The notes beneath the pieces are model-generated. The model ran no database searches. It saw only the letters and a list, made by a program, of their open reading frames with translations, and was not told the origin of the DNA. A stretch of DNA of 64,000 nucleotides from Lama glama. Taxonomy: Eukaryota. Positions within the stretch are counted from its first letter, which is position 1. Each line of letters begins with the position of its first letter. Location of the stretch: contig CM052817.1 in NCBI GenBank assembly GCA_028534125.1, positions 70,434,001 through 70,498,000 of the forward strand, written 5' to 3'. Made by a program: the position numbers and the translations under genes. This document shows positions 12,874 to 25,523 of the stretch, one piece after another.

Positions 12874-14134
12874 ACCCCCACTCCTAACACTAAGACTCCT
12901 AAGTGAGAGAAACTGGCTCATTGTCTTAAGCAAAGAGTGTAAATTATTTGGATACTGGCATGTCACAATATACAAGACAGGGATGCTGGGCAGTAGGAGT
13001 GCCCGAATTGAGGATATGATACTGTAAGGACTCCATTGTTTATTTCTGATACAGTCTATGGGTCTGCTTCATGCTTTTTTCCCTATAAAACCAATAACTT
13101 TTATTACTCTAGTTCAGAGTAGAGGGAATCATGGCTGCCAACCTATCTTGATCATTACTTGACAGCTTCAACTTGGCTGAAGTAATGTAACTTTCTAGGA
13201 AATTTCCTTGATTCAGTAATAGTTAAGGGCACCTCCTCGAATGGAAACTCCTACCTCTTCCCTTGTCTTTGGCCATTCCTCCCTAACTCACCCCTCTAGC
13301 TCTGTGGTCTGGCTCTCTTTACAAGGTTACCCAAAGTCCAATCAAGTTGCCAAGTTTACGGAATTTAGTTCATATAATTTGTTACAAAGTTTGTGAGACA
13401 ACTCAAGTCCTAATTTCACTATCCACGATGAGGTGTCCTCTAACTTCTGCTGAACCTGCTAATGACGGGAATCTTTTCACCTCTCAGGGCAGCTCATGCC
13501 ATCTTCAGATCTCTTTCTCTTTCAGAAAGCCATTTTCTGTTTTGCTTTTAGTTCCTCGGTTTCAAGTCCACCCCTTGTGTTTACATCTAGACATATCTAC
13601 CTGCACTATCTAATGGCAGCCAGCATTTCAAAGAGTAAAACGCTCTCCTGAGCTTCCATTTTTTCAGGCTTACCACTTCTAGCTTTCAGGCTCCGAAATG
13701 TTGGGTCTGATTCCTTGATGGTCACTCCTCTCCCACTGCACTGCCGGTTGTCTATAGTCCTTTAGAAATATGTTCCCCGAGAATTTGGGAGCATTCTCAC
13801 TGGTGACTTCAATAACTACATTTCACCCTAATAACTGCAAAATCTCTGCCTTATAGCTTTTAGTCTTTAGTCTGTGTCTCCAACTACATAGTAGGAATTT
13901 CTACCTGTATATAATAAAGTCATCGCAAACTTTAGATTACCAAAATAAAGCCCACTTTATTCCTTCCCTCAAAAATAAGTTCTTCAAAAGATTACACATT
14001 GCACTTGAGGTGCTTATACTTAGACCGATAGAGCCATTTTGGTGACTACATCCTTCTCATAAGCTGTGTTAATATCAGGGTTTCAGCAATGGTGACCATG
14101 GACCTAGATGGACAATATTATGTGTCACTAGATG

Positions 14135-14290
14135 CTGCATCACCATGGACAAGTTGCTTAGATTCTCTGAGTCTCGTTTTCCTCTAAGTAAAATGGAGTT
14201 AACAATATCTACCTCATAGGGAGGTTCTGAGAATTAAATGAGATAATGCTCGGCCTCTGGAACATAATAGGTGCTCCAGGAATGTTCGCT
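14135..14290 (+). mobile_element. MIR
   Basis: ctctgagtctcgttttcctctaagtaaaatggag...acctcatagggaggttctgagaattaaatgagataatg. Confidence 0.7.
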
Positions 14291-15194
14291 CTGAACTTGC
14301 CTTTGGTTCTACTTCCCTTCACATTCTGTAGTTTCACTTAATGCACGGTTGTACATTCTCCCCTGGGGATGGGAGTGATGGAAATGTGCACACAGGCCTG
14401 TGTGATAAATATAGTTGAAGCATGGAATGTCTGCTTTTATTATGTCCACTTAACGAAGTGTTTTTATGATTGATGCTTGCCGTTGCCTCTGGGAATGCTT
14501 GCTACGCGGCGTGCAGCGGAACGCCACCCCTGGACTGATGGCCAAGGAGCTGCCTTCCGTTAATGGACGGCATCTCCTCGTCATAAAGTCCATTTCTTCA
14601 GACGCTTCCTGTCGAGGATGAATCTTCACACATGCCATTAAGTGCTTATGTTGGCAGTTGCTCCACTTCAGAAAAAGAATTTTCTCTTGACAGCAGAGCG
14701 TGGGCGCCAGTCTAAACACAGAGCTCTCAAGGTCCCACCAGGTTAATAGGTTGAATGGTTGTAATTCAAAGTCTTCAGAACTGCTGTACTATTTTCACTG
14801 ACATGATGGGACATTCTCTAACAATTTTAATATCTAACTGTATCTTTTTACATAACATTTTATATTTATATAACAGCATATTTCAACTTTTAAAAGTGCC
14901 CTCACACCTCTTACTTCATTTAATCGTAACAAGGACCCCAAGCATCTTCTGGGTCTCTTAGTGTCATAAAAAGTAGCAGGCTGAGTCAACAAGGAAGGTG
15001 CCATGCTGGCTGCTTGGTCTGCATTCTTCCCAGTCCTCACAACAATTCAGTCTCGTCGCTAGGATCGTCTCCATTCCGCAGGGACCCGCTGGGTTGGACT
15101 AAAGCGTCGAGCTCTAAAGCCTTTGTACTTTCTCCTAGAACATTTACTTTTTGTCCTATATTTTAATTTATTCTTTAAAACGCGACCTTGGTAT

Positions 15195-16168
15195 GCATTT
15201 CCCTCCTGATTAGCGATGTGGAGCACCTTTTCATGTACCTGCTGGCAGTCTGTATGTCTTCTTTAGGAAAATATCTATTCAGTTCCTCAACCCATTTTTA
15301 AAATCAGGTTGTTTGCTTTATTGTTATTGAGTTGTATGAGTTCTTTGTTTATTTTGGATATTAGTCCTTGATCGGATATATCATTTGCAAATATCTTTTC
15401 TCATACAGTAGATGGCCTTGCTGTTTTGTTGATAGTTTTCCTTGCTATGAAAATTTTTTTTAGTTTGATGTAGTCCCATTTGTTTATTTTTGCTTCTGTT
15501 TTCCTTGCCTTAGGAGACATATCCAAAAAAGTATTGCTAAGACCGATGCATACTGCCTATATTTTCTTCTAGGAATTTTACAGCTTTAGGTCTAACGTTT
15601 AAGTCTTTAATCCATTTTGATTTATTTTTGTATATGGTGTGGAAAGTGATCCAGTTTGATTCTTTTGCATGTAGCTATCCAGTTTTCCTAACACCCAGCA
15701 ATTCCACTTCTGGATATTTTTCCAAAGAAAATAACACTAACTGAAAAATATACATGTACCCCAATGTTCATTGCAGCATTACACAATAGGCAAGGTATGG
15801 AAGAAACTAAATGTCCATCAATAGATGAATGGATAAAGAAGATGTGGGGTGTGTGTGTGTGTGTGTGTGCGTATATCAGCCATAAATAGAGAATGAAATT
15901 TTGTGATTTGCAACAAATAGGGGGGATTAGTCAAATAGGTGAGGGAGATTAAGAAGTACAAAATTCCAGTTATAAAATAAATGGGTCACAAGGGTGAAAT
16001 GTACAGCACGGGGAATATAGTCAGTGATATTGTAATACCTTTGTATGGTGGCAGAGGTATAGACTAATGGTGGTGATCATTGTGTAATGTGTAGAAATAT
16101 TGAATCACTATGTTGTGCATCTGGAACTAACATAGTGTTGTAAGTCAATTATATTTCAATTAAAAAAT
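15195..16168 (+). mobile_element. L1 with 5' inversion (antisense ORF2 ~15195-15693, sense ORF2 end plus 3'UTR to ~16168)
   Basis: Antisense ORF2 (tgcatttccct...ttttcatgt...ctgtatgtcttc) joined to sense ccagcaattccacttctgg...atggataaagaagatgtgg...tcaattaaaaaa. Confidence 0.8.
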
Positions 16169-16194
16169 AGTCTTTCCCATGATTTAAGAGGTTG

Positions 16195-16382
16195 AGATAG
16201 TGGTTACTTTGAGAGGTGGGGATACTAACCAGAAGGGAACATGCGGAGAGCCGCTTGGATTTGCTGGTAATGTTGTTTCTTCATCTGGGCACTACTTTGG
16301 TGGGTGTGTATATTTTGGGGCAGTGCATTGAGCTGTACACTTATAATCTGTGTACTTACGAATGTTATTTTCAATAAAAAGG
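16195..16382 (+). mobile_element. Old L1M 3'UTR end
   Basis: gatagtggttac...gctggtaatgtt...cattgagctgtacactta...tcaataaaaa. Confidence 0.65.
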
Positions 16383-16611
16383 TTTTTTTTTAAGCCAGCT
16401 TTTCTTTTAAAAGTATGAACTCTATCCCCCAAATCAACCACTATTTGTTTGTTGCAATGCGCAACATGAGCTCATGTGCGTTTTGCTCGCTTACAATAAA
16501 TAAATGAGAGCCAAACACACAGAATCAAGGGAAAAAATGGCTTCTTCTAAGAGTGTTGCTTAACCTTTTGAGTCATGGGCCAATTGAGGATTTGATGAAA
16601 ATTATAATAAA

Positions 16612-16830
16612 AGAGTAATAATCAGAGCATACACATTCTGTATCCAGAACTGTGCCAAACTCTTTGTATATATATTATTTCCTTTTATCTATACCATAGC
16701 ACTGTGAGGTATGTATTACTATTCTCATTTTACAGATGTGGGAACCAACTCTCAGAGAGATAAGCAACTAGACCAAGATCACACACTAAGGGATGCTTGA
16801 TCCAAAATTCAAACCCAAGTTTCTCTGCCT
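16612..16830 (-). mobile_element. MIR
   Basis: ctgtgaggtatgtattactattctcattttacagatg...aaattcaaacccaag. Confidence 0.65.
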
Positions 16831-17179
16831 CCCAAACCCATCCCCTTAACTAGTGCACACTGCATATCTCTAGACACTCTTGTCAGAAGAATGGACTCTT
16901 CCCTCCCCTCCCTGCTCCAGTACACACACGTGCACACACACGTGCACACACACACACGGACACAGAGTTTGCCTGCTGTTTCAGGGAGTTCATGAACCCT
17001 TTGAAGTACTTCATCCATTGACACAGTTTAGGAACATTTTCAGGTTGAAAAAAATGACAGAGGAAATTTTTTTAAAAAGGACTGAACTGTGGGAAAATAC
17101 TCAAATCATTAACTTAATGAAGTTGTAGTTTTGATCTGTTACATTCTTTTGTTTCCCTTATAAAGCTTGATTCATGTCA

Positions 17180-18040
17180 TTTTTCATATAAACAGTTTAT
17201 TATATAATATGTAATATATTCAAAGGAATATATGACACAAACATGTGAATTGGGAAGCATAAGAAAATGAATCAAGTCACTGGGATTCATACCCAGCATA
17301 AGAATGAAAATATTACCAATGCCTTTGAGTCTACCTTTGTCCTCTGTCCTTGTCCACATCCCTGCCTTCCCTGAAGAGGAACCTCCTGCTTTGAATTTTG
17401 TGTTTATCACTTCTTTGCTTTTTGAAAAATAGTATTTGCACATTTGTATGACTATTTAAATGATATATCATCTAGTCTTCTTTGCTTTTGAGTTGCTGCT
17501 TAGCACATTGATAATTTAAATTAACTTTTACTATGTTTGTAACTTTAAAAAATATTCTTTCAGATATGTTATCTTTCACTATGATCATAGCTTTAAAAAC
17601 TATTTTCAACTTTATAAAATTTGATTGTCGTATCTTTCAGGTGGATTGAAGCTTTCATCATTATGTGGTGACCATCTTCATATTTCATAGTAATTTTTTT
17701 GTCTCAAAGTCTATGAAGTCTCATGTTAATGTAAGTAACTCAGTTCTCTGCAGCTTAGACTTGGCCATGTATATTTATCTCCGTTTTCTTTCAGCCTTTT
17801 CTTTGCACTTACGTTTTAGGGGTGTCTATGTAGCATGAAGCTTTATTTATTTGTATCACTCTGATAATCTTTGTCTTTTAATGAGCAAGTTCAGCCTATT
17901 TTCAGGAATTGTGATTATTACATACTTGGACTTTTCTCTATGTCTTTCCTTTGTACTATGTATCTCACTTTTTCAATGCTTCTTTTTCCTCCTCTTTCAC
18001 CTTTTTTGGGTTGATAGAGTTCGTTTGTTTTTTAAATCCT
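17180..18040 (-). mobile_element. Old L1M fragments
   Basis: 3'UTR-like block (cacccagcataagaa...ctttgaattttgtgtttatcac) and ORF2-like block (ctgataatctttgtcttttaat). Confidence 0.55.
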
Positions 18041-18053
18041 TGCATGGCGTATT

Positions 18054-19010
18054 GTAGTTTCCAAATTTGGCAGCGACAACGGCTCTTACTCCATTCATTT
18101 TGTACAAGGTGACCTTGCCAGGCCCCATGACGAGGTGGCAATGACTTCCGTAGCCCTTGCTGCTTTGCCAGCCCTGTGACTGCTTTAACCAGCAGAAGAC
18201 GGCGGAAGTGAGCCTGTGCCAGCACCGGGCGGTTTTAAGCAGCCTGGCACCTCTGGTTCCTGCCTCTGAGAATGCCAGCTCTTGGGACGCACCCTCTTGG
18301 GATGCAGTTGGGAACCCAGCTAAAGATCATGAGAAGCCCAAGTCACATGGAGAAGCGGCCACTCCTGTCCACACCAGCTGAGCTCTGATCTGGCCACCAT
18401 CATCAATGCTAGTTCTGTGAGTCAGCCCTTGTGGACATCCAGCTCCAGCTGCCAGCTGACGGAAACTGCTAGAAACACCCCAGGGGAGAGCTGCCCACTA
18501 GCCCACTCAGCCTAGAAAACCTGGGGAAATATTAATAAGCTATTGTTTTTAGGCAATAAATTTTAAGGTGGCTTTTTCTGCAGTGTAGATGACTGGGATG
18601 GAAATGTGGCACTGGCTTTGGGACTGAGTAATGGATGGAAACAGACAGGGTCTTGAGGAGGTGGAGAATGCAGGCTAGAAAGGCTTCGAGGAGACCACAG
18701 GTGACAGGTGACAGTTCCTCAGGGAAGTGTTGACAAGGGCTTGAAGCCATTGAGGGAAATGATGTTGGAGGCTGAAAAAAGGCAGCAGGTAATGTAGAGA
18801 ATAGAAAGGGCACCTAATGAACCCATGGGTCTAACTGGGGCCTTTTCCAGGCAGAAACTAGAACGTGTCAACTGGCTTCTCCTAGCTCAGGTAGCATATA
18901 ATGCAACGTGAGAAGAGAGAGATGAACCAAAGGAGCAATTGTTCAGTTTTTGAGCTGAGTCTAGAGAAGCAGAGAATCCAGAATAGTCTTTCCAGATAGC
19001 AGATGAAAGC
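18054..19010 (+). mobile_element. MaLR MLT1 LTR (~18054-18597) plus adjoining MLT1 internal sequence
   Basis: cctgtgactgctttaaccagcagaa...gcggaagtga; LTR end ctattgttttaggcaataaattttaaggtggct; internal start aaatgtggcactggctttgggactg. Confidence 0.75.
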
Positions 19011-21210
19011 TTGTGTTTTTAAAACATAGTTTATCAAAGAAATGTTCCTCATTCTTTCTCTTTTTAAGATTTTATTGTTAAATTAATGATTAAAAATGTA
19101 ATCTTTTAAACATCATCTCTGTGTCAGAATTTATAACTGTAACTTTTGGTTGCACTGTATGTTTTCACTTTACAAAGAATTTTTATATACATTACCTCAA
19201 TCCTGCTACTCGATAAGTAGGAAAGCTATTGTTAGTCTACAATGTAGCAACACCCACGTCCATCCTTCCTCCTCCTCCAATTTTGGGGTTCCAACTGCGT
19301 GCCCACTGTTATGCTGTAGATAGGTGATCTCACATCCTTAGAGTGGGGTATTAATGCTCAACTTAAGGATGAAGGATATTAAGCCAGAGAGGCAAATATC
19401 TCAAACCACAAAACAGCAGGATTAGAACCTCAAATTCAAACCTTAATTTGACTCCAAATCCAAGCTCCTATTTCACCGTTTTCCTTGAGAAGAATAGGTT
19501 GAAATTTTAAACCAGAAAGTATCTTCAGTATGTGGGCTACTTTCATCTTATAAAATCTCATACTTCTTCTCTGTCTCACAGTGAGTATTTTTCAGACTAT
19601 AACTTTGGTAAATTATTTGACTTCGTGCATTTCTTTTAGTTAGGAATACACCAGTATTGCAACAAGCTTCTTTATTTGTAAAATAAATGGATTGGATCAG
19701 ATGATCTCTAACACCCCTCACCTTTGATACTCCTTTTGTCTCTTCTATTTTTCTGACACATGGGTTTTCTGACTGGTGTCTGGAGGACTGCAAATGAATT
19801 CTATTTGACCAGCAGATGGGGCTCTTGATACATGAATAGGAAGAAGCATTTACTGAGCGCCTACCATGTGCCAAGCCTAGGGGCCAGGCTTCAGAGTTGT
19901 ATGATGGTGTTCTTAGGCCTGTCTCAAATTCTTGTTTTCACATGTGGTAAAGCTTTCAAGGAACACGTACCATTTTACCAAGAAGGAACTTTTCTCTGTA
20001 GAAAATTGATTGAGTGATCACTGAAAAGTCTCCCAGTGCTAAGTGTCCGGATTTGAGGCCCAAAGTTAAATGACCTTAGGAGTCCACGGCTCCCTTGTGA
20101 AGGAGCTGATATGTCTGACCTTTGGTGGCTTTCAAAGATCTCCCAGGGACTCAGGAGCTAGAAACTTGGATCTTATTAAGGCTTTCATGATCACAGATAG
20201 GATATAACTGCCACAGAGAGTTCAAGAATATTTTCAATTTATACATATATTTTAATACTTAATATCCGTTATCTATAAAGGGTTAATAATACTAATACCA
20301 TCTTTTTTCGCCCTTAGGTACCAACTACATGATGCTTCAAAATAGGAAGTAGAATAACCCAAATGTTTCTGAAACTTTGTTTTCTCTTTGTTTCTCTCGA
20401 AGCTCTCTTCTGGTTTCCCAATATCAATTATTATTATTTTATAAAGAGCCACAGTCAGTTCCAGGCAGTGCTGACACTGCACTTTCCCATTTCTGAGTAA
20501 GAGAAGTCTCAAGATAGGAGCTGCAGTGCAGCCGGCAATGCCACTTAAAACTGCATCAACGATCAAAGAAAAGTCAAATATTTAAATAACCTCTCAAAGA
20601 CAGGCCAGGACAAACCACTCACTAAGCTTGGACACACGTCCCTGCGTGAAAGGTCACCTGCGCGCTGGGGGTAAGTGCCTCTTCTCTGCGGCATCCCGGC
20701 CTTGAGCGACCCATGCAGGTCTCCCAACAAGCTGGTGCCATGTCAGGACCTCGTGGCTGGGTGTCCTCTGCCCTGTGCCACGCCTGGTCAGCACTTTGGG
20801 AAGAGCAGACAGAGGTACCAGAAAAAAAAGAATACTAACTGTACCTCTGGGTCTTTGGGGTCTCACATGTGAAGATCTGCTGTTTCTTTGTCCCCTCTTC
20901 CTCCCAACACCTAAAATATCACGTGACCCCATTGTTACTAAAGTAAGTCTTAGTGAGGAAATTGCCGGTGTTCCAAGAAGGCTTGTTGTTTTCCTTGTCA
21001 TTTGAATTTGTCTTGGATCTTTTCCTCTGAGCATGTTAATCAGTGTTTCTGAGCCAACAGGGAGTAAACAAGGAAAGTGCTGATTCACTAGCCTTAGTAC
21101 ACACTCCATTCTTTTGGAGTTTTAACCTTTTAAATCCCTAACTCTTGTCCTCGAGAGGACTTTCTTTTACTGTGAAAAGCTTTGTTGTTCCAGGAAGGGG
21201 AGGTGTGGAA

Positions 21211-21420
21211 AATAGCTAATATTTATTGACAGCATACGGTGTGCCTGGCTTTGTCCCCAGCATTCTTCATATGTCACCTCACAGCAACCTCGCGACAGTG
21301 CTGTAACGTAGGAGTACTTGGCCCATTTCGTAGATGAGGAAACTCAGAGAGGTCAAGTCACTCCTGAAAGGTTGCACAGACAGTAGGTGATGAACCCAGA
21401 GCCTGTGCTCGTTACCACGG
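21211..21420 (-). mobile_element. MIR
   Basis: aatagctaatatttattga...cctcacagcaacct...cccatttcgtagatgaggaaact. Confidence 0.65.
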
Positions 21421-24054
21421 TGGAGATTCCAGGAACGTGTCCTTATCTGACCTCAGAGAAATGGGAAACTCTTAATTCTTCCTGAAAAATGAGTCAACTA
21501 GATTGGAAACTGCTTGAGGTCCAGGTCTGATTTTATTTCTTATTTACTTCTTTATAAACATTTCCACACCATGTCCTATTATATGTTCATATTCACCTAC
21601 TGCAGTACTTTACATTTTGTCCATTTAGCCTCACTCGTCTGTATCTGAAAAATGTACCCAGTTCTCAGCATATAAGAGGAGCTTGGTTTATGTTTAGGGG
21701 CTTAAGTAGAAATAACTTTTGGAGACTGTTTTAAAGCTTACAAAACACACGTCCATTGCTCCGCTCATTACTAATTACAGATATTTCACACGGCCTTCAT
21801 GTAGCTGGAATTTAGAAAAGACTGTTGTTGTACAATTTTTATTTGACAGCATGTTAGTTAATTCTACATGAATTCTATGTACCAAGTTATATGTGTATAC
21901 CTTACTTCCTTTTCATAACATAGCTTCTGCATTTCGTTTTATTAAATTCATGCCTGAGAGCGGAGTGAATCAAGACATTTGCTCACGTAAGGGGTTCATG
22001 TCTTCAGCAATGAGGAGACCTCTTAGGAACTTAGGAGAATGGGGCATGAGAGCACTCATTTAACGAGTAGGTGATTCCATAATAGAGGTAATTTGTCACC
22101 TTGGATTATGAGTCAAGAAACTGCAGATGTACAACTAAAAGTTTGGGGACCCCAACTCCAATCAAGGTGGTCTAGGTGTCATCCCTGGATACTCATCCAC
22201 TTGTACTGTGGCTGATCTGCAGGTGGACAAGGGAAGAAAGGGGCAAGATTGACTAAGCCCATGAAAAAAAAATCCCCAAACCAGTTGGCAAGATTTCTCC
22301 TCTGCTGTCAAGAATATTAGAAGACTCTGGCCAGCAGACTTGAATATATCTACCTATTTGGCAAGATGATTTCAATAAAGGAGAAACGTGCTTCAGACTC
22401 TTATTAGAGGGCCATTTTTAGGGTGACCCAATCACTGTAAAACTATCTCCATCTGACACACTCCTGACCGCACTTACTACGTCCAGCTTCTCTCCTAGCC
22501 AAATTTTTACATTTTAAAATAGTACACTTGAGCACAGCTGTGTCTTATCCAGGAAGAAAATGAGTTTCTTTACTTTTCCTCCACATCCCAGGGCACACAA
22601 GATAACAAATGTTTGTTCTCTGTGACTAGTGTCTTGGGCACTGTAAAGTCAGGTTAGAATAGCATTTCAAATCTTAATAACAAGTCTGTTTCAGTTAACC
22701 CAGGACTGTTTCAATGAACACAGTACCCACCAGGCACCTAGAACTTGAACCCCCTGGATTGTCCCTCTGCCTCTCCTGAGGTGTTAAAGCCCACTTGGGA
22801 TTTGCTTGCTTTACTTCCCCCACTGGGGCTTCAAGCTCCTTGAGGCAGAACCTGATCTCATACACTTCGCTGCAGGCAGTATAGTGCTGTGTCCCGGGGT
22901 TTGAAAATCTGGGTAAAGACTGTTTTATTATTTGCTTATCTTTTCACTTTCGTTATGGAAATAAATATAGACAAAGCACAAGCAGAAGAGGAATAAATAG
23001 GGAAATAAGCCTCTCCTCACCCATTGTTCAGTCTCACCTATTATAAACTCAGGGCTAATTTTGTTTCATCGCTACCCACCCCACTCCCCTTCTCCCATCC
23101 CAGATTAATTTGAAGTGAATCCCACATAATGAGATATGTATTTATCTGTAAACAAATAAATCTTTTTGAATAAATAAATGTATTAGAATATAGTTAATAG
23201 GCCAGGACTACGGCATTCATTTGAGATTCCATAGGCATCAGCCACCACAAATGAGAAGGAAGTCATCTTTTCTTTTTTTAATTTTCCATTTTTTATTTTT
23301 GCAAGTTTAGGAGGAATAAAGGTTGCAGAAGTAGTGTTTTAATAGCAAAGCAGATTTTTCAGGGAACTTGTCTTCTATGAGTCTAGCTCAAATACTATAA
23401 TTCTTCTCTTGACATGTTTACTTGCAAAAGTGTTACTGCCCAACTGTAACACTTTTGTATCCAGCAACTTGTGTTCTTTGAAGGTTTTGTGTTGACGGAG
23501 ACATCCCTGCAGATTTGTCCTCTGAGACAGTCTTGGCATGACGGTTCCAACAGACTGCAAGTGAAGGGAGCCTGACACTCAGGACCTCCACGTGGGGCAA
23601 GTTTTTCTTGTTGTTTATGAAGAGCTGATGGCTCATCTTTTGGAAAAGCATGAATCAGCTTGAGTCAGGAGGTCCTCTTAGTTCATATTATAGCCCACTA
23701 GGCCACCGCTGTGCAGGATCATCCGTCTTAACTTCCTGAGGTGCTGGTGTTTCATCAGTCCAGCAGAGGTTCCCGGGCTGCACTGGCAATATGGGTCTCT
23801 CGAACCTGGCCATGGCCCCTGATCAGACATGGTTTTGGATGCAGTGATTGCCATGCTGTTCCTCTTTCAAGGATTGGGGCGGGGGGCAAAAGTTGTGCAT
23901 AGCATCAGTTCCAAAGGGAACAATGGCTTTATTAAAAAAAAAAAAAGAAAGAAAGAAAAACAAAAAAACAAGTCTGAGTCTAATTCACAGACGCAGGGGC
24001 TGAAAGAAAGTCTTTCTTCCCGGAGCCCCCTGGCCGTGTGCCGAGAGGCAATAA

Positions 24055-24400
24055 AGCACAGTGGCAGAGCGTGGGGATGCTCAGGTCAGACCTCCACCAC
24101 CTACTGTGTGACCTTGGGCAATTGACTTGACTCAGTGCCCAGGGTTCTTATCTGAGATCAGAGGTAATCAGAGTAAGTATGGCATAGCTTGTTAGGGGAT
24201 TCAATTTATTTATTCAACCAATATGTAAAGAACACCACTAATTGTCAAGTATTCTTCCAGATGCTGGTGACATAACAGTAAACAGCATAAAGATCTCATC
24301 CTCATGGAGATTATATTCTGGAAGGGGAGTCGGATCCAAACTAACAAATACATAATGTCAGGTAGAGAAGTGTTATGAAGGAAAACGTATCAGAAGAAGG
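24055..24400. mobile_element. MIR (+) abutting an L2 3' end (-)
   Basis: ctgtgtgaccttgggcaa..., then ttattcaaccaatat...gatgctggtgacataacagtaaac...cctcatggag. Confidence 0.55.
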
Positions 24401-25523
24401 ATGGAGATTATAGGGGTTAGTACAGGTGAAGCTCTCGACAAACACTAGTTATGATTGCTTCCCCTAGTCTGGGTCCAAAGGAGCTTAGCTAAGGAGGAGC
24501 TGATCTCATCTAAAGACTCTACCTGCGTGATTGTATGCTTCAGAGGAAGGGAATGGTCATTCACGTCTAAGTGTGACTCTGTACTTGGCCTTGTGCTCAG
24601 CACTTTTAAATCCTTCAAACAGTACTGTCAGTTGGGTATTTTAAACCCAGTTGTTAAGAAAACTGAAGAAGATAAGGAACTTTTTTGCCCACTTCATGCA
24701 CGTTCAAAGCTCTTGTAGTTTCTTCCACACCATCTTTCTCAAGGATGCCGGTTTTCATGCAACGGTCCAAAGAAACCAAAGAGCTGGAAACTCTGGGTAC
24801 TGGTCAGTCCATTTGGTCTGCCATTCACACCGCCCCTCTTCTGAGGTAAGTGATTACAGGCAGTTCTTTATGCCCGGTTCTCCATGCTCTGGGGCCTGTA
24901 GCTCAGCTGTCCCGAGCTCAACGAATCTGCAGACACTCCCTGAGCCCAAGGCAGCTATCTAGAGACTGACCAGTGGCCTATATCAAGACTAACAGAAATG
25001 AAATATATTAGGTGGTGGAAAATGATGTAATTGGATATTTTTTAACTGGTGGCTGGCAGCAGCAAGGAAGGAAGGCAGCTAAAGTCTTAATGTAAGCAGG
25101 CAGAGGGGAGGGAAACAGCAGTGGTAACCGACCAGAGATGGCTTGATGACCCAGACTCAGGAAGTGTTGGCCTGCCCGTCTACCATGGCATCCTGAGTGG
25201 CTGCGCCTGGCCCACTATTGCACTGCTAGAAGGGCTTCCTGTCCTTTCCCTTGTACTTTAAGATAACTCTCTATGAACTGAAGCTGAAAGAGCCAAATGT
25301 CACTAGAGGAAGCTGGTCTACACGCAGCTGTCAATATTTTCTCTAAAAATTTAGAAGCAAGTTGTGGGGGGGTGCAGGAAAGACAAAGTCCTGAGCAGAG
25401 AACATGTCATTCTTTCCAATCGCCTTGTTGTTCTAGATCAGGACAAACTCAGGGGAACCTGGTTCAATGAGGAACTCCTGGGGATTCTGAAAAAATCTTC
25501 AATGCCGAGATGTGATAGCTTTT

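Noticed and set aside
20273..21109. 97-aa and 151-aa - strand ORFs
   Set aside because: No recognisable domain or convincing splice context; lengths are within chance expectation.
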